Assembly: GCA_046570105.1 (NCBI GenBank) | Contig: JBKHVI010000011.1 | Span: forward strand, 1-60,449 | DNA from: Bacteriovoracia bacterium | Lineage (GTDB): Bacteria > Bdellovibrionota > Bacteriovoracia > Bacteriovoracales > Bacteriovoracaceae | DNA length: 60,449 nucleotides | Direction of reading: 5' to 3' | Part shown: positions 9,442 through 19,046 of the stretch, piece by piece | Layout of the letters: each line of letters starts with the position of its first letter | How positions within the stretch are numbered: the stretch's first letter is position 1 | Program-made: the position numbers and the translations under genes | Notes under the pieces: generated by a model | The model's database searches: none | Seen by the model: the letters and a program-made list of their open reading frames with translations, nothing else | What the model was told of the DNA's origin: nothing

Positions 9442-10731
9442 ATGCTCTTTTTGCTGCTCACACTGTCGGCCTTCGCCAACGTTGATCAAGATCTCCAAAA
9501 ATATATCCAAGAATTTGAAATGGCCCCATTAGATGCACCCGCGCCTAAGCGTGAGGCGATTTATAAACTCGGCGCACGACTTTTTCGTGATCCGCAACTC
9601 TCAGGCAACGGTAATATTAACTGTCTCGATTGCCATACTGTTCGCTATGGCACCGGTGACACGCTCCCTTTGAGTGTTGGCGAAGGATCATTTGGTCATG
9701 GTGTGAATCGTCGTCAAAATGGCGCTGACATTCTTTTACGCAATACTCCTCCGCTCTATAATTTGGGTCTCGACTCGGCCACTCACCTCTTCTGGGATGG
9801 GCGAGTTTCTAAAGACGGAGCCGGTTTCTGGGTTTCTCCTGAAGCTGATTTGAATGGCGAAAATCCTAAACTCAATGACATTGCCACCACTCTGGATTCA
9901 GTGCTTGCTTTGCAAGCTCTCTTTCCTATCGCTGATCCCAAAGAAATGCTCGGTCGTGGCTCGCTGCTTTCGCGCGCAGCCGCTTGGGAAAATGTTTTGA
10001 AGCGCCTTTTTGAAGGCAATCTTGGTGAGAGCTATCAGGTCATGTTCCAAGAAGCTTTTGGTGCTGGCCCCTACAACATTGGCCATGTCGGTAATGCGCT
10101 CGCTGAATTCCAGCGTCACGCTTTCTGGTCGGGTAATACTCCCTGGGATCAATATCTCAAAGGTAATACTGAAATTTTAAGTGATGAAATGAAGGCCGGT
10201 GCTATGGTGTTTTTTGGCAAAGGCCAATGCGCCAACTGTCACGGTGGCCAGCAACTCTCAGCATTTGATTTTGATGGAGTCGGTACTCCTCAATTAGGTC
10301 TTCCTGGCACTGATGATGTCGGTCGCATGGCAATCACGGGTTTAGCTGAAGATCGTTATATGTTCCGCGTCTCGCCCTTAAGAAACATCTCGGTGACAGC
10401 ACCTTATATGCATAACGGTGTGTTCAAAGATCTGTGGGAAGTCATTGAGTTCTACGATATGCCGGAGAAAACCTTGATGGATTTTGTCTGGCGTTCGGTC
10501 ATCAATGGCTACGACACAGCTTTGACACTGGATAAAACACCTGAGAATCAGCTGGCCCGTTTAGCCGCTATGGCAGAAGATTTACCACGCGATATTAAAT
10601 TCACTGAAGAGGAAGAAGCCCAATTATGGTGCTTTCTCACAGTGGCCTTCACAGACATGAGTCTGCAAAGACAACTTCAAGGAGTAGAAAATGAAAATCC
10701 TCGCTGCCATCCTGTTCTCGCTCGCCGTTAA
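9442..10731 (+). CDS. Secreted di-heme cytochrome c peroxidase (bCcP/MauG family)
   Basis: Signal peptide; CLDCH and CANCH heme motifs; RNTPPL, FWDGR, LRNISVTAPYMHNG. Confidence 0.9.
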   Translation: MLFLLLTLSAFANVDQDLQKYIQEFEMAPLDAPAPKREAIYKLGARLFRDPQLSGNGNINCLDCHTVRYGTGDTLPLSVGEGSFGHGVNRRQNGADILLRNTPPLYNLGLDSATHLFWDGRVSKDGAGFWVSPEADLNGENPKLNDIATTLDSVLALQALFPIADPKEMLGRGSLLSRAAAWENVLKRLFEGNLGESYQVMFQEAFGAGPYNIGHVGNALAEFQRHAFWSGNTPWDQYLKGNTEILSDEMKAGAMVFFGKGQCANCHGGQQLSAFDFDGVGTPQLGLPGTDDVGRMAITGLAEDRYMFRVSPLRNISVTAPYMHNGVFKDLWEVIEFYDMPEKTLMDFVWRSVINGYDTALTLDKTPENQLARLAAMAEDLPRDIKFTEEEEAQLWCFLTVAFTDMSLQRQLQGVENENPRCHPVLARR

Positions 10732-11278
10732 CGCTTTTGCTGTAGAAAACGGCAAACTTGCTCCCGCCTTCGCACTTGAAGGTGCTTCAGGCAAAACTGT
10801 TTCTTTGACTGCGCTCAAAGGCAAAATAGTAGTACTTGAATGGCTGAACCACGGCTGTCCGTTTGTGCGTAAACACTACGACTCAAACAACATGCAGAGT
10901 TTGCAAAAAAAATATAAGTCCCAGGGAGTTGTGTGGCTCTCTATCGTCTCATCAGCTCCAGGCAAACAAGGCCATGTTGATGCGAAAGGTGCCAAGGCCG
11001 ATATCACTAAATACAAGTCAGAGGCTTCTGACGTTTTGCTTGATACCGACGGAACTGTTGGCCGTGCATTTGGCGCAAAAGTGACTCCGCATATGTACAT
11101 CATCAACAAAGACGGTCTTTTGATTTACCAAGGAGCAATTGATAGCATCCGCTCTGCTGATGCCGCCGATATTCCAAAATCAAAAAACTTCGTAGCGTTG
11201 GCGCTTGATGCGACACTTGCTGGAAAGGCCGTCGCCGAAGCTAAGACTGAAGCTTATGGCTGTGGTGTGAAGTACTAG
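10691..11278 (+). CDS. Secreted thioredoxin-fold redoxin (AhpC/TSA-like)
   Basis: Signal peptide; VVLEWLNHGCPFV, AKVTPHMY, YQGAID, C-terminal YGCGVKY. Confidence 0.88.
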   Translation: MKILAAILFSLAVNAFAVENGKLAPAFALEGASGKTVSLTALKGKIVVLEWLNHGCPFVRKHYDSNNMQSLQKKYKSQGVVWLSIVSSAPGKQGHVDAKGAKADITKYKSEASDVLLDTDGTVGRAFGAKVTPHMYIINKDGLLIYQGAIDSIRSADAADIPKSKNFVALALDATLAGKAVAEAKTEAYGCGVKY

Positions 11279-11928
11279 TCTTTAAAAAATCTAAAAACGT
11301 AAATCTCATATTCACGTACTTTCTGGGGTTCAAGCTCATGCTTGAACCCTTTAAGAGTCATCTCATCGATAAATCTTTGTAAATAACCACGACCTGGATC
11401 AGCGAGCCACACTTCCCCACCCGGTTTTAAGAGACGCTCAAATCCATCGGCAACATCACTCGGGTGCTTCGGTTCATAAAGCACGTCCGAGCCAATCACG
11501 ACATCAAAGCGGCCGAGTTTTTCCACATCATCGCGCCAGTTAAAGCGCTGATAAGGAACTTCTAAACTATTGTGGCGCTCATTGCGTTTTAAAAAGTTCG
11601 GAACATCTTCATGAAAATCTGTCGCTAAAATATCGACTTCAAAATGACGAGCAACGACTGAAGGGAATGCCAGACCACAGCCCACTTCCACCACTTTTTT
11701 GTTTTTAAGTTTGGCATTGTTAAGCGCCAAGTATTGCGCCAACCCTTCGGCCGCGGGCCACAAGACACCATAGTAAGGACAGAGATCTTCAGCAAAAGGA
11801 TTAGGGTGATCGCCCAAGGTTTCGCAGAGCTGCTCAATGGCCTCATCGAGATCAAAAATGGTCTCCATCACAAAAACTTTGTCATGCAGTGTGCGTTTTT
11901 CGATTTTGGTGCGATAAGGAGGGGCCAT
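11275..11928 (-). CDS. Class I SAM methyltransferase (METTL21/Methyltransf_16-like)
   Basis: YGVLWPAAEGLA, VVEVGCG and VIGSDVLY motifs. Confidence 0.85.
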   Translation of the reverse strand: MAPPYRTKIEKRTLHDKVFVMETIFDLDEAIEQLCETLGDHPNPFAEDLCPYYGVLWPAAEGLAQYLALNNAKLKNKKVVEVGCGLAFPSVVARHFEVDILATDFHEDVPNFLKRNERHNSLEVPYQRFNWRDDVEKLGRFDVVIGSDVLYEPKHPSDVADGFERLLKPGGEVWLADPGRGYLQRFIDEMTLKGFKHELEPQKVREYEIYVFRFFKD

Positions 11929-11989
11929 GGGAGATATTTAGCATGGTTTGGGCTTGAATCCCAAGCCTTGGATTGATAGTTTGCTCAAT

Positions 11990-12934
11990 ATGTCAGAGAC
12001 TCCCCGGCTTTTGCGCCAAGGTAAATTCAAGAAAGTCCTGGTTCCGGTTGAGGAGCTTACCCGTGAGGCCTCTGTCCTGGCCCCACGGCTGATAAAATTA
12101 CGCCAAGACTACCTGGATGGCGCCATTACGCCCGCACTCTATGGCACCCTTTGGTGTATTCAGTATCTGCGCACTCGTCATCCCCATGGCTGGTGGGGCG
12201 CTCATCGCCGTGATCGTGTCACGCCCATTGATTGGGCGATTGATCTTAAAACTCTGCCCTACTTCCATTGGACTGCAGAAGAGTTCAAAATGTTTGAGCG
12301 CTATCCGACTTTGGGTGAGCTATTAAACCACCGCGCTTTCCGTGCCACCCCTGAACCGGTTCATCGCGCCCTTTTAGAATGGCAGCAAGGCAGCTATCCA
12401 CTTGAACTGATGGATCGCATTCCCGCGGTTGCTGAAGTGCTCGCCCAACAAATCGAAGGCCGCCGTTGTGTCACGATGTTTTACCAAGAAGCTCAATTAG
12501 GGAAACTGGTTTTAGGCGAGCGCGATCCGTTGAGTTTTGCCTATCATGATCTCATTCACGCTGATCACTTCTTTCATAACAACACCATGAAGCAAGGCCA
12601 GGTGGGCTTTTATCGCCAGATTCATAAACTCCACTCTGAGGGAGTACTGGATCACTGGCTCACGTTTGAGAATTACCCAGGCCAACTGGAATACTTAATG
12701 GCGGATATGAACGCCCATCCGCTGCATTTATGGAAATGCTTCAAAGCAATCTGTCATATGTCGGATACACCTAAAACCGTGCCACTCTTTGCCGAAACTA
12801 TTCCGCGGGTACTGGATATATCCCAAGAATCGCAAGAGGCGCTGATGAAACTCAATACGCCTGAATTTGAATTAATGAATCATGGTGTGAATATCACCAA
12901 TCTCTCGGAGGCGTGGGGACAGCAATCCAATTAA
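11990..12934 (+). CDS. Hypothetical protein with HDLIHADH motif
   Basis: Long ORF; start moved to ATG 11990, which follows TTGAAT-N17-TAGTTT. Confidence 0.7.
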   Translation: MSETPRLLRQGKFKKVLVPVEELTREASVLAPRLIKLRQDYLDGAITPALYGTLWCIQYLRTRHPHGWWGAHRRDRVTPIDWAIDLKTLPYFHWTAEEFKMFERYPTLGELLNHRAFRATPEPVHRALLEWQQGSYPLELMDRIPAVAEVLAQQIEGRRCVTMFYQEAQLGKLVLGERDPLSFAYHDLIHADHFFHNNTMKQGQVGFYRQIHKLHSEGVLDHWLTFENYPGQLEYLMADMNAHPLHLWKCFKAICHMSDTPKTVPLFAETIPRVLDISQESQEALMKLNTPEFELMNHGVNITNLSEAWGQQSN

Positions 12935-12961
12935 TCGATTGCATTTATCGCATCTATCTAT
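12925..12961 (+). promoter_or_regulatory. OxyR/LysR-type binding site
   Basis: ATCC-N7-CGAT-N7-ATCG-N7-CTAT, same spacing as the OxyR consensus ATAG-N7-CTAT-N7-ATAG-N7-CTAT. Confidence 0.5.
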
Positions 12962-13023
12962 TTTAAATCTCGCCCTCCTTGTCCTACAACTCGCTCACTT
13001 TCAATTAATCACAAGGAGCATTT

Positions 13024-13629
13024 ATGCGTTTTTTACTCGCTTTAGTTTTAACTCTCTCTCAAGCAGCATTTGCAGGCACTCAATTAGAAAATTGGCAGAA
13101 TGGTGACGGCATTCGTTTGGTTGTTCGTAACGATCAAGGCAAGTTCATCTCTCACGGCGAACTCACACTTGAAACTTGGAACGACGGTGACGACGTTTCT
13201 GAATGGGTCGCTCGTCTTGATAACGGTCAATTCGTTTCAGGCTACAAAGGTCAACTTGAAAAATTCAAAGTTAAAGGCCTTGCTAAAGAACAAACTCGCC
13301 TCGTAATCCGCAACAGCAAAGGTCATTTCGTGACTTGGATGGCGATGGACTCTCTTTTGACTGCTGGCTTTGAATCAATGGACACCAACCGCGATGGCGA
13401 TAAAGAAACTGTTTATGTTGTTCGCTATAACGGCAAATTCGTTAACTGGGCCCAAGCATCTCTAGAAAACTGGTCAAACTTTGCTCACCCAGTGCTTGTT
13501 GTTCGTGACACAGCTGACTCACACAACAATGGTAAGCTTTTGGCCTGGATTGCTCCAACAGTTCTCGCAAACGGTAACGTGATCTACCGCGATGCTGAGA
13601 CTGGCCGCTTTGTAAGCCACAACCAATAA
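13024..13629 (+). CDS. Secreted protein made of about 6 beta-rich repeats
   Basis: Signal peptide ending AAFA; AAGGAG RBS; repeated LExW...VVRxxxGxFV units. Confidence 0.85.
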   Translation: MRFLLALVLTLSQAAFAGTQLENWQNGDGIRLVVRNDQGKFISHGELTLETWNDGDDVSEWVARLDNGQFVSGYKGQLEKFKVKGLAKEQTRLVIRNSKGHFVTWMAMDSLLTAGFESMDTNRDGDKETVYVVRYNGKFVNWAQASLENWSNFAHPVLVVRDTADSHNNGKLLAWIAPTVLANGNVIYRDAETGRFVSHNQ

Positions 13630-13647
13630 TTGTGTTATACTAGGGCC

Positions 13648-14310
13648 ATGCGATACGCGTGGCCCTTTTTAATTTTAATTCCTCTCCTGATTTGGTGGAT
13701 GACTCGCACCCAGGATGTTGCGCCCCTTACTTCCACTCAAGATTCATCTCCACAACTCCCAACTAAATCTCCTGTTCATGAAGTAAAAAAAATCTCTGCT
13801 CCTATTGAGAAGATTTCGCAAACTGCTCGTCTCAAAGAGATCCTGGCCCGCCATCCAATTGATGACACTCGTGTTGAGGATATGGAATGGGAGGAAGCTC
13901 GAAGTGAAGTAATGGAGTGGATGAGTAATGTGACTGATGAGGTAATTGAAGGAACTGATGCTCAAGGAATGATCGGCGCCATGCGGGAACTTTATCATCC
14001 GGAAGCTTCACCCTACTTTAAATATATGTATTTTCAAATGGAGCTCTCAGAAATGGATTACACCTATGAGAATTCGCTGAGAGTGCTAAATTTGATGGCG
14101 CAAGATTCATTCTTTGCGAAAGCAGCTACTCCAGAACAGACGAACAAATCTGAACAAATTGCGAATATGAGTGAGATCATTTTACTAAGACATCTCAACG
14201 ATTTTCGTGCTGGCCTTGACGATGGTCAATTTGAAAAAATAAAGAAAGAGCTCTCCAAAAATCCAGGCCCTGCTACAGATGCTATTCTCTATCAATTAAA
14301 TCGTCCTTAA
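13648..14310 (+). CDS. Membrane-anchored hypothetical protein
   Basis: N-terminal hydrophobic helix MRYAWPFLILIPLLIWW; start 6 nt after an extended -10 (TGtTATACT). Confidence 0.7.
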   Translation: MRYAWPFLILIPLLIWWMTRTQDVAPLTSTQDSSPQLPTKSPVHEVKKISAPIEKISQTARLKEILARHPIDDTRVEDMEWEEARSEVMEWMSNVTDEVIEGTDAQGMIGAMRELYHPEASPYFKYMYFQMELSEMDYTYENSLRVLNLMAQDSFFAKAATPEQTNKSEQIANMSEIILLRHLNDFRAGLDDGQFEKIKKELSKNPGPATDAILYQLNRP

Positions 14311-14750
14311 GGCCGAAAGATCGCCGAATTTTTTTCGTTCTCGCGCACTTCTACTAAAGTCACCCAGGCGCGATTTTTCGTTTTTTCTTTCACCATCTTA
14401 TTCACTTGTTGATAGAGCCACTCCGCGGTGCCTTCCATGCTAGGATTTGGCAATATACGTAGCTGGATAACACCCTTTTTATCAAGTTCCTGCCAAGTCG
14501 TAAGTTCTGGATCATCTTGAGCGGCCAGAAAAGTATGATCAAAATAATGCTCGAGCATCTGTTTCACTTCTTTCAATCCACCAAAATCCACGACCCAACC
14601 TTCGATGGTGCGCTCATTACAGGCGAACTCAAAATAAAATTCACGAGAGTAGCCATGAACAAAACGGCAATGAGACTCAGCTCTCCACTGGCGGTGAGTA
14701 CAAGGAAAGCCAGTGAATTTTTTAGTCGAGGTAAAATGTTTGGGTTCCAT
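14307..14750 (-). CDS. queD: 6-carboxytetrahydropterin synthase (QueD/PTPS family)
   Basis: HCRFVHGYS, GWVVDFGGLK, FDHTFL, PSMEGTA, VRENEKNSA; start ATG 14750. Confidence 0.85.
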   Translation of the reverse strand: MEPKHFTSTKKFTGFPCTHRQWRAESHCRFVHGYSREFYFEFACNERTIEGWVVDFGGLKEVKQMLEHYFDHTFLAAQDDPELTTWQELDKKGVIQLRILPNPSMEGTAEWLYQQVNKMVKEKTKNRAWVTLVEVRENEKNSAIFRP

Positions 14751-14755
14751 AGATC

Positions 14756-15220
14756 CTACTTTAGGTATTTCGCGCCTAAGGCGCACCAATTTGTTTTTGC
14801 CTTCTTCTTCCCTTCATAGCGCACTCCGAGGGAATGTGCCAAGAGAGAGTCCGTGAGACTTTTGCCATCGTACAGTACTTCGGCGAGCATTCGGCCGTAC
14901 TTTTCCTTGCGCATCTTCCCTTTTTTATTAGCAATGAGCTTCAAATCAATCCGTTTAGCATGAGAGAGATTGCTTTCCACTAGTTTGCGAGCCTCACGGG
15001 CCAAACGTTTTTCACAACTATCTTTGGATTTAGACTCGGGAGTATCAATGCCATAAAGACGGACATCGACCTTAGAACCAAAATAGGAATGCACGCCAGG
15101 AATATCCACCACAATAGTATCACCGTCTTTCGCGCGGACAAACTCGACACAATTGAAACGATCACTGCCATGTGGACAGTCGGCGGCGTAAAGAAAATTA
15201 AGTAGGATAAAAATTAGCAT
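14756..15220 (-). CDS. Secreted thermonuclease (staphylococcal nuclease family)
   Basis: DGDT, VRLYGIDTPE and KYGRMLAEV motifs; signal peptide. Confidence 0.9.
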   Translation of the reverse strand: MLIFILLNFLYAADCPHGSDRFNCVEFVRAKDGDTIVVDIPGVHSYFGSKVDVRLYGIDTPESKSKDSCEKRLAREARKLVESNLSHAKRIDLKLIANKKGKMRKEKYGRMLAEVLYDGKSLTDSLLAHSLGVRYEGKKKAKTNWCALGAKYLK

Positions 15221-16479
15221 GTCACCTCTTTGAGCTCGCGCCAGGACTCAAGCTTGATACGTCTTTCACGATGCTCGCGCAAATAACGAATCGCCAATAG
15301 CTCGAGACGCTTATCGGCTTTTTTCTTCACAGCACTCTCGGGGTTTTGCAGCACTTCTTCAGGCGAGCGCTTATCAATACCCATACCCCACAATTTTCCA
15401 CCGCGCACAAGCATATAGGAATACTCTTCACTCGTGGGGCCTGGCCCCCAGAAGAGCAAATTGTCGCAAGGAAATTGCGTTTCGCGAATCAATTCATCAA
15501 TCAGGCGATTATGTTCCAGAATTTCTTTTTTAGTTTTTCCGCCTTCGGCCCAGAGCATTTTATTTTGCGGCAATTTCTTAAGTATTCCTTTGAGGGCCTC
15601 TTCAGCTTCACGTCTATTATGAAAAACCCAAAGCGCTGTGTGAGCGACATACGGCTTCACAATAAGACTCTTCTCACCGCCATTTTCTGCGAGTGTAATC
15701 ATCCAGTGCCAATTAAGCGGAAAAAAACGCGCTTTTTTAAACTGGGCCATCAACTCCGAACCGGTGACTTCAAACTCAACTGTTTCACAGCGCTCGAGTA
15801 TGGCGCGATTCTCCGGCTTAACTTGTAAAAGCGTCTGTGCCAAAATTAATAGATCAGCGGCAGCTTCGATATGAAACGACACCCCTTTCTCATCTTTAAG
15901 ATAAAGCACACCGGCCTTACGAGGAATTTTTTTTAATAGGGCTTCGTGCTGTGGCAGGTAGCGCGGTTTACTGATTCCTTTACCACTGGCGAGCTCTCTT
16001 AACTCTTTAAACAGAGCAAGCGCCATCTGGGCATCGGGAAGCGCACGATGCCTTTCACGAATTTGCAGATGAAAAAACTTACACAAATCTTCCAAAGCAT
16101 AACTCTTGAGTCCCGGAATCATATTTTGTGAAAGCTCAAGCGTGCAAAGAGTTTTACATTTCAAAGGGCGACCTAAATCGGAAAATGCTTTCTCCAGCAT
16201 CGGCCAATCAAAAGCGACTTTATGAGAAACAAAAACCGCCCCTTCAAGTCGCATTGCCACTCTTTCAGCGATCTCATAAAACTTAGGGGCCACATCTAGT
16301 TCACGTTGCTGAATGGTCGTCAGCTCACTAATGAATTTACTGATGGGCACAAGTGGATTGATAAGCGTTTCAAAAACGTCAGTGACTTTGCCATCCTCAA
16401 AAGTGATAAGCGCAAGCTCGATCATTTCTCGATCGCTTGAAAGGCCTGTCGCTTCTATATCCGCGATGACATAACGCAT
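15214..16479 (-). CDS. DEDDh 3'-5' exonuclease (DnaQ-like) with degenerate UvrC-like C-terminus
   Basis: DIEATG, HKVAFD and HRALPDA motifs; IPRKAGVLYLKD resembles a decayed GIY-YIG. Confidence 0.85.
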   Translation of the reverse strand: MRYVIADIEATGLSSDREMIELALITFEDGKVTDVFETLINPLVPISKFISELTTIQQRELDVAPKFYEIAERVAMRLEGAVFVSHKVAFDWPMLEKAFSDLGRPLKCKTLCTLELSQNMIPGLKSYALEDLCKFFHLQIRERHRALPDAQMALALFKELRELASGKGISKPRYLPQHEALLKKIPRKAGVLYLKDEKGVSFHIEAAADLLILAQTLLQVKPENRAILERCETVEFEVTGSELMAQFKKARFFPLNWHWMITLAENGGEKSLIVKPYVAHTALWVFHNRREAEEALKGILKKLPQNKMLWAEGGKTKKEILEHNRLIDELIRETQFPCDNLLFWGPGPTSEEYSYMLVRGGKLWGMGIDKRSPEEVLQNPESAVKKKADKRLELLAIRYLREHRERRIKLESWRELKEVTC

Positions 16480-16529
16480 AGACTAAATGCTACATTGACC
16501 TCTCTCCGGGGGACAAGGTATTTTAAGAC

Positions 16530-17204
16530 GTGTTTAAGCTAAACTCCTCTTGGAAAACTCATCTTTCTGACCAATTCTCTCTGCCCTATATGCAGGAGCT
16601 CCAAGACTTTCTCTCAAGTGAATTGAAGAAAGGTAAAATCATCTATCCTCAACAGAGTGATATCTTTCGCGCTCTAGATGCCTGTCCATTTGAAAAGGTT
16701 AAAGTCGTGATACTTGGACAAGACCCCTATCACGGTGCAGGCCAGGCCCATGGTCTCTGTTTCTCTGTGCAAAAAGGCGTTAAAATCCCACCTTCACTGG
16801 TCAATATCTACAAAGAACTGCAAAGCGATATGGGCGTGACTCCCCCAGAGCATGGCCATTTAATTGAATGGGCGCAGCAAGGTGTTTTACTGCTTAATAA
16901 TGTTTTGACAGTTGAAGATAGCAAGGCCGGCAGTCATCACAGCAAAGGTTGGGAGCCATTCACGGATAGGATTGTAGAAATTCTGAATGAAAGAAAAGAA
17001 AACTTAGTGTTCATTCTGTGGGGCTCACCAGCGCAGAAAAAAGCCGCCAAGGTGGATAGCGCACGTCACTTTTTAATTAAGTCCGTGCACCCTTCGCCAC
17101 TTTCAAGCTACCGTGGTTTTTTTGGTTCAAAACCTTTTTCAAGAACCAATGACTACCTCAAATCTAGAGGCCTTGCTCCCATCAATTGGCAGCTGTCACC
17201 TTAA
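16530..17204 (+). CDS. ung: Uracil-DNA glycosylase family 1
   Basis: GQDPYH, PPSL and HPSPLS motifs. Confidence 0.97.
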   Translation: MFKLNSSWKTHLSDQFSLPYMQELQDFLSSELKKGKIIYPQQSDIFRALDACPFEKVKVVILGQDPYHGAGQAHGLCFSVQKGVKIPPSLVNIYKELQSDMGVTPPEHGHLIEWAQQGVLLLNNVLTVEDSKAGSHHSKGWEPFTDRIVEILNERKENLVFILWGSPAQKKAAKVDSARHFLIKSVHPSPLSSYRGFFGSKPFSRTNDYLKSRGLAPINWQLSP

Positions 17205-17859
17205 GCACTTTAAACTGTGAATAGAAGCGATAGAGCTGCCAAATCACCAGTGCGTTCATGAGATGCCAAATAGCATGGCCTTGAAGGTAATGGTTATCTG
17301 GATCGCACCACCAACCGCGCAGATCACCATTCCAGATAATAAAGGCGACGACAAAAATCCCGAGCGCTTTGAGCATAGGACGATAATTTACATCGCGGGT
17401 TTTCATAAGATTCAAAACTTCGAGTGTAATCACCGCGAGTGTCCAAGTACCAAACATCCACTCGCCGATCTTTCCTTGCACTATTCCCATTCCGACCATG
17501 GTGGCCGCAAGTAAAATGAGATAACACGGCCAGATGAAACGAGTCGGTAATTTATTAAGCCGAACCAGATTAAAACAAAAAATCAAAATGATCAGCATGC
17601 ACATGCTGGAGACATCGAAGAACTGCCAGAAGAATGTCATGGAAGCGTGATAAACCGCCGAAGTTAGCCCAATGAGAAGACTCGCCCACCCAATCAGTGA
17701 GAAACTGGTTTTAAAAAAGCCTTCACGTTGAAAAACAAAAAAGGCGGTAATTATAAAACCGATATTAGAGAAACTATTGGCCGGCTGACGAATAGTGCCA
17801 CACAAAAGGGCCTCACAAAACTTCATGCTGGCCGGTTGCCAATCAGTCCATGGACACAT
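17182..17859 (-). CDS. Ceramidase-like (CREST superfamily) membrane hydrolase
   Basis: Multiple TM helices; FCE...QPANSFSN, SAVYHAS and GHAIWH metal motifs. Confidence 0.75.
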   Translation of the reverse strand: MCPWTDWQPASMKFCEALLCGTIRQPANSFSNIGFIITAFFVFQREGFFKTSFSLIGWASLLIGLTSAVYHASMTFFWQFFDVSSMCMLIILIFCFNLVRLNKLPTRFIWPCYLILLAATMVGMGIVQGKIGEWMFGTWTLAVITLEVLNLMKTRDVNYRPMLKALGIFVVAFIIWNGDLRGWWCDPDNHYLQGHAIWHLMNALVIWQLYRFYSQFKVLKVTAAN

Positions 17860-17869
17860 TTTTTACCTC

Positions 17870-18256
17870 TCAGCCAATAGGTGAACAGATTTCAACAAGA
17901 AATCCATTTAAATCTCTAACATATGCAACCGTCTGTCCCCAAGGCTTGGTCTTGGGCTCACTGATTGAAACTGCTCCTGCTGCTAGCGCTTTTCTAAATG
18001 AAGCAGTGACATCAGTCGTAACTAAACCAATCTCAAAGGCAGTAAGTTTATTTTGTAAGCTCATCTTTTCGTAAAGAAAATCATGTGAACTGGCCGTCTC
18101 GTGGTGAACAAAACCCAATTTGGTTTCGCCCGTTATCATTTCACCGTACTGACCAGATTCATGAAAAAAACCTTTCTCAAGTCCAAAAGCGCGCTGATAA
18201 AAATCCATCGAGGAAGCGACGTCATCGACATAAAAAAGTGTATAGCCTAATTTCAT
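17870..18256 (-). CDS. VOC/glyoxalase family protein
   Basis: LFYVDDV...FYQRAFG; PWGQTVAYVRDLNGFLVEI. Confidence 0.9.
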   Translation of the reverse strand: MKLGYTLFYVDDVASSMDFYQRAFGLEKGFFHESGQYGEMITGETKLGFVHHETASSHDFLYEKMSLQNKLTAFEIGLVTTDVTASFRKALAAGAVSISEPKTKPWGQTVAYVRDLNGFLVEICSPIG

Positions 18257-18317
18257 AATAATCCTGTTTCAATAATGAACTAGTCCTAGATGCGCCGTTT
18301 CTTCAAAACGGATGTTA

Positions 18318-19046
18318 CTAACATTCCCACGTCTTCAAATGAACTTCGCCATTATAGATCTCCACATAGTGGCAACTCAACAGCCATGAGCCGGGATTTA
18401 AATAGCGTTTTCCATTCTCTAATTCCACTTCACCGGGATGATGAGTGTGACCGAAAACCACCACATCAAAACCGCGACGAGAGAGTTCAAAAGCGGCTTC
18501 TTTAAATTGTGGCGGTTCACCCACAATACCAGAGCGACGAGCGCGCCAATGGGCACGCCATTTTTCAAGGCCTATCCATAAACGATAGAGCTCGGGATGA
18601 ATTTTTAAAAACCAACCGGCGGCATGAGTGAGAAACTCATAGAGATTAGGCCATGAGACAAAAAAGGGGTCGTAGAGATGGCCATGCTCGACGCGTACGC
18701 GTAAATCGCCGGAGTGAATATTTAAGAACGGAGAAACTTTAAGTTGACCCCAATCATCCAAGAAATGCTCTAGGGCCATGTCATGATTGCCAACAATGTA
18801 ATAAATTTGTTTGCCCTGACGAGCGATGTCTTTAATGGTGCGAATGACCTCAGGCATCTCTTCACTCATTTTTTTAAGTGACCCTTGCGCCATCTCTAGT
18901 CCATCGCCATTAATGCAAATATCAAAACCTTCACTCGCGGCCCAACGTAGAAATCTGAGAGTTTGATAAGTCGTTTTAGAGAAAGGATTCCCCATATGGA
19001 GATCGGAAATGATCACCATCTTGGGAGAGCGGATGGTGGTGATCAT
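18318..19046 (-). CDS. Calcineurin-like metallophosphoesterase (LpxH-like)
   Basis: SDLHMG, NGD, GNHD, HGH, GHTH and NPGSW motifs. Confidence 0.85.
   Translation of the reverse strand: MITTIRSPKMVIISDLHMGNPFSKTTYQTLRFLRWAASEGFDICINGDGLEMAQGSLKKMSEEMPEVIRTIKDIARQGKQIYYIVGNHDMALEHFLDDWGQLKVSPFLNIHSGDLRVRVEHGHLYDPFFVSWPNLYEFLTHAAGWFLKIHPELYRLWIGLEKWRAHWRARRSGIVGEPPQFKEAAFELSRRGFDVVVFGHTHHPGEVELENGKRYLNPGSWLLSCHYVEIYNGEVHLKTWEC

Noticed and set aside
9307..9510. Long N-terminal extension of amt in the ORF track
   Set aside because: Overlaps the divergent peroxidase gene; GGAGG plus ATG at 9306 is the better start
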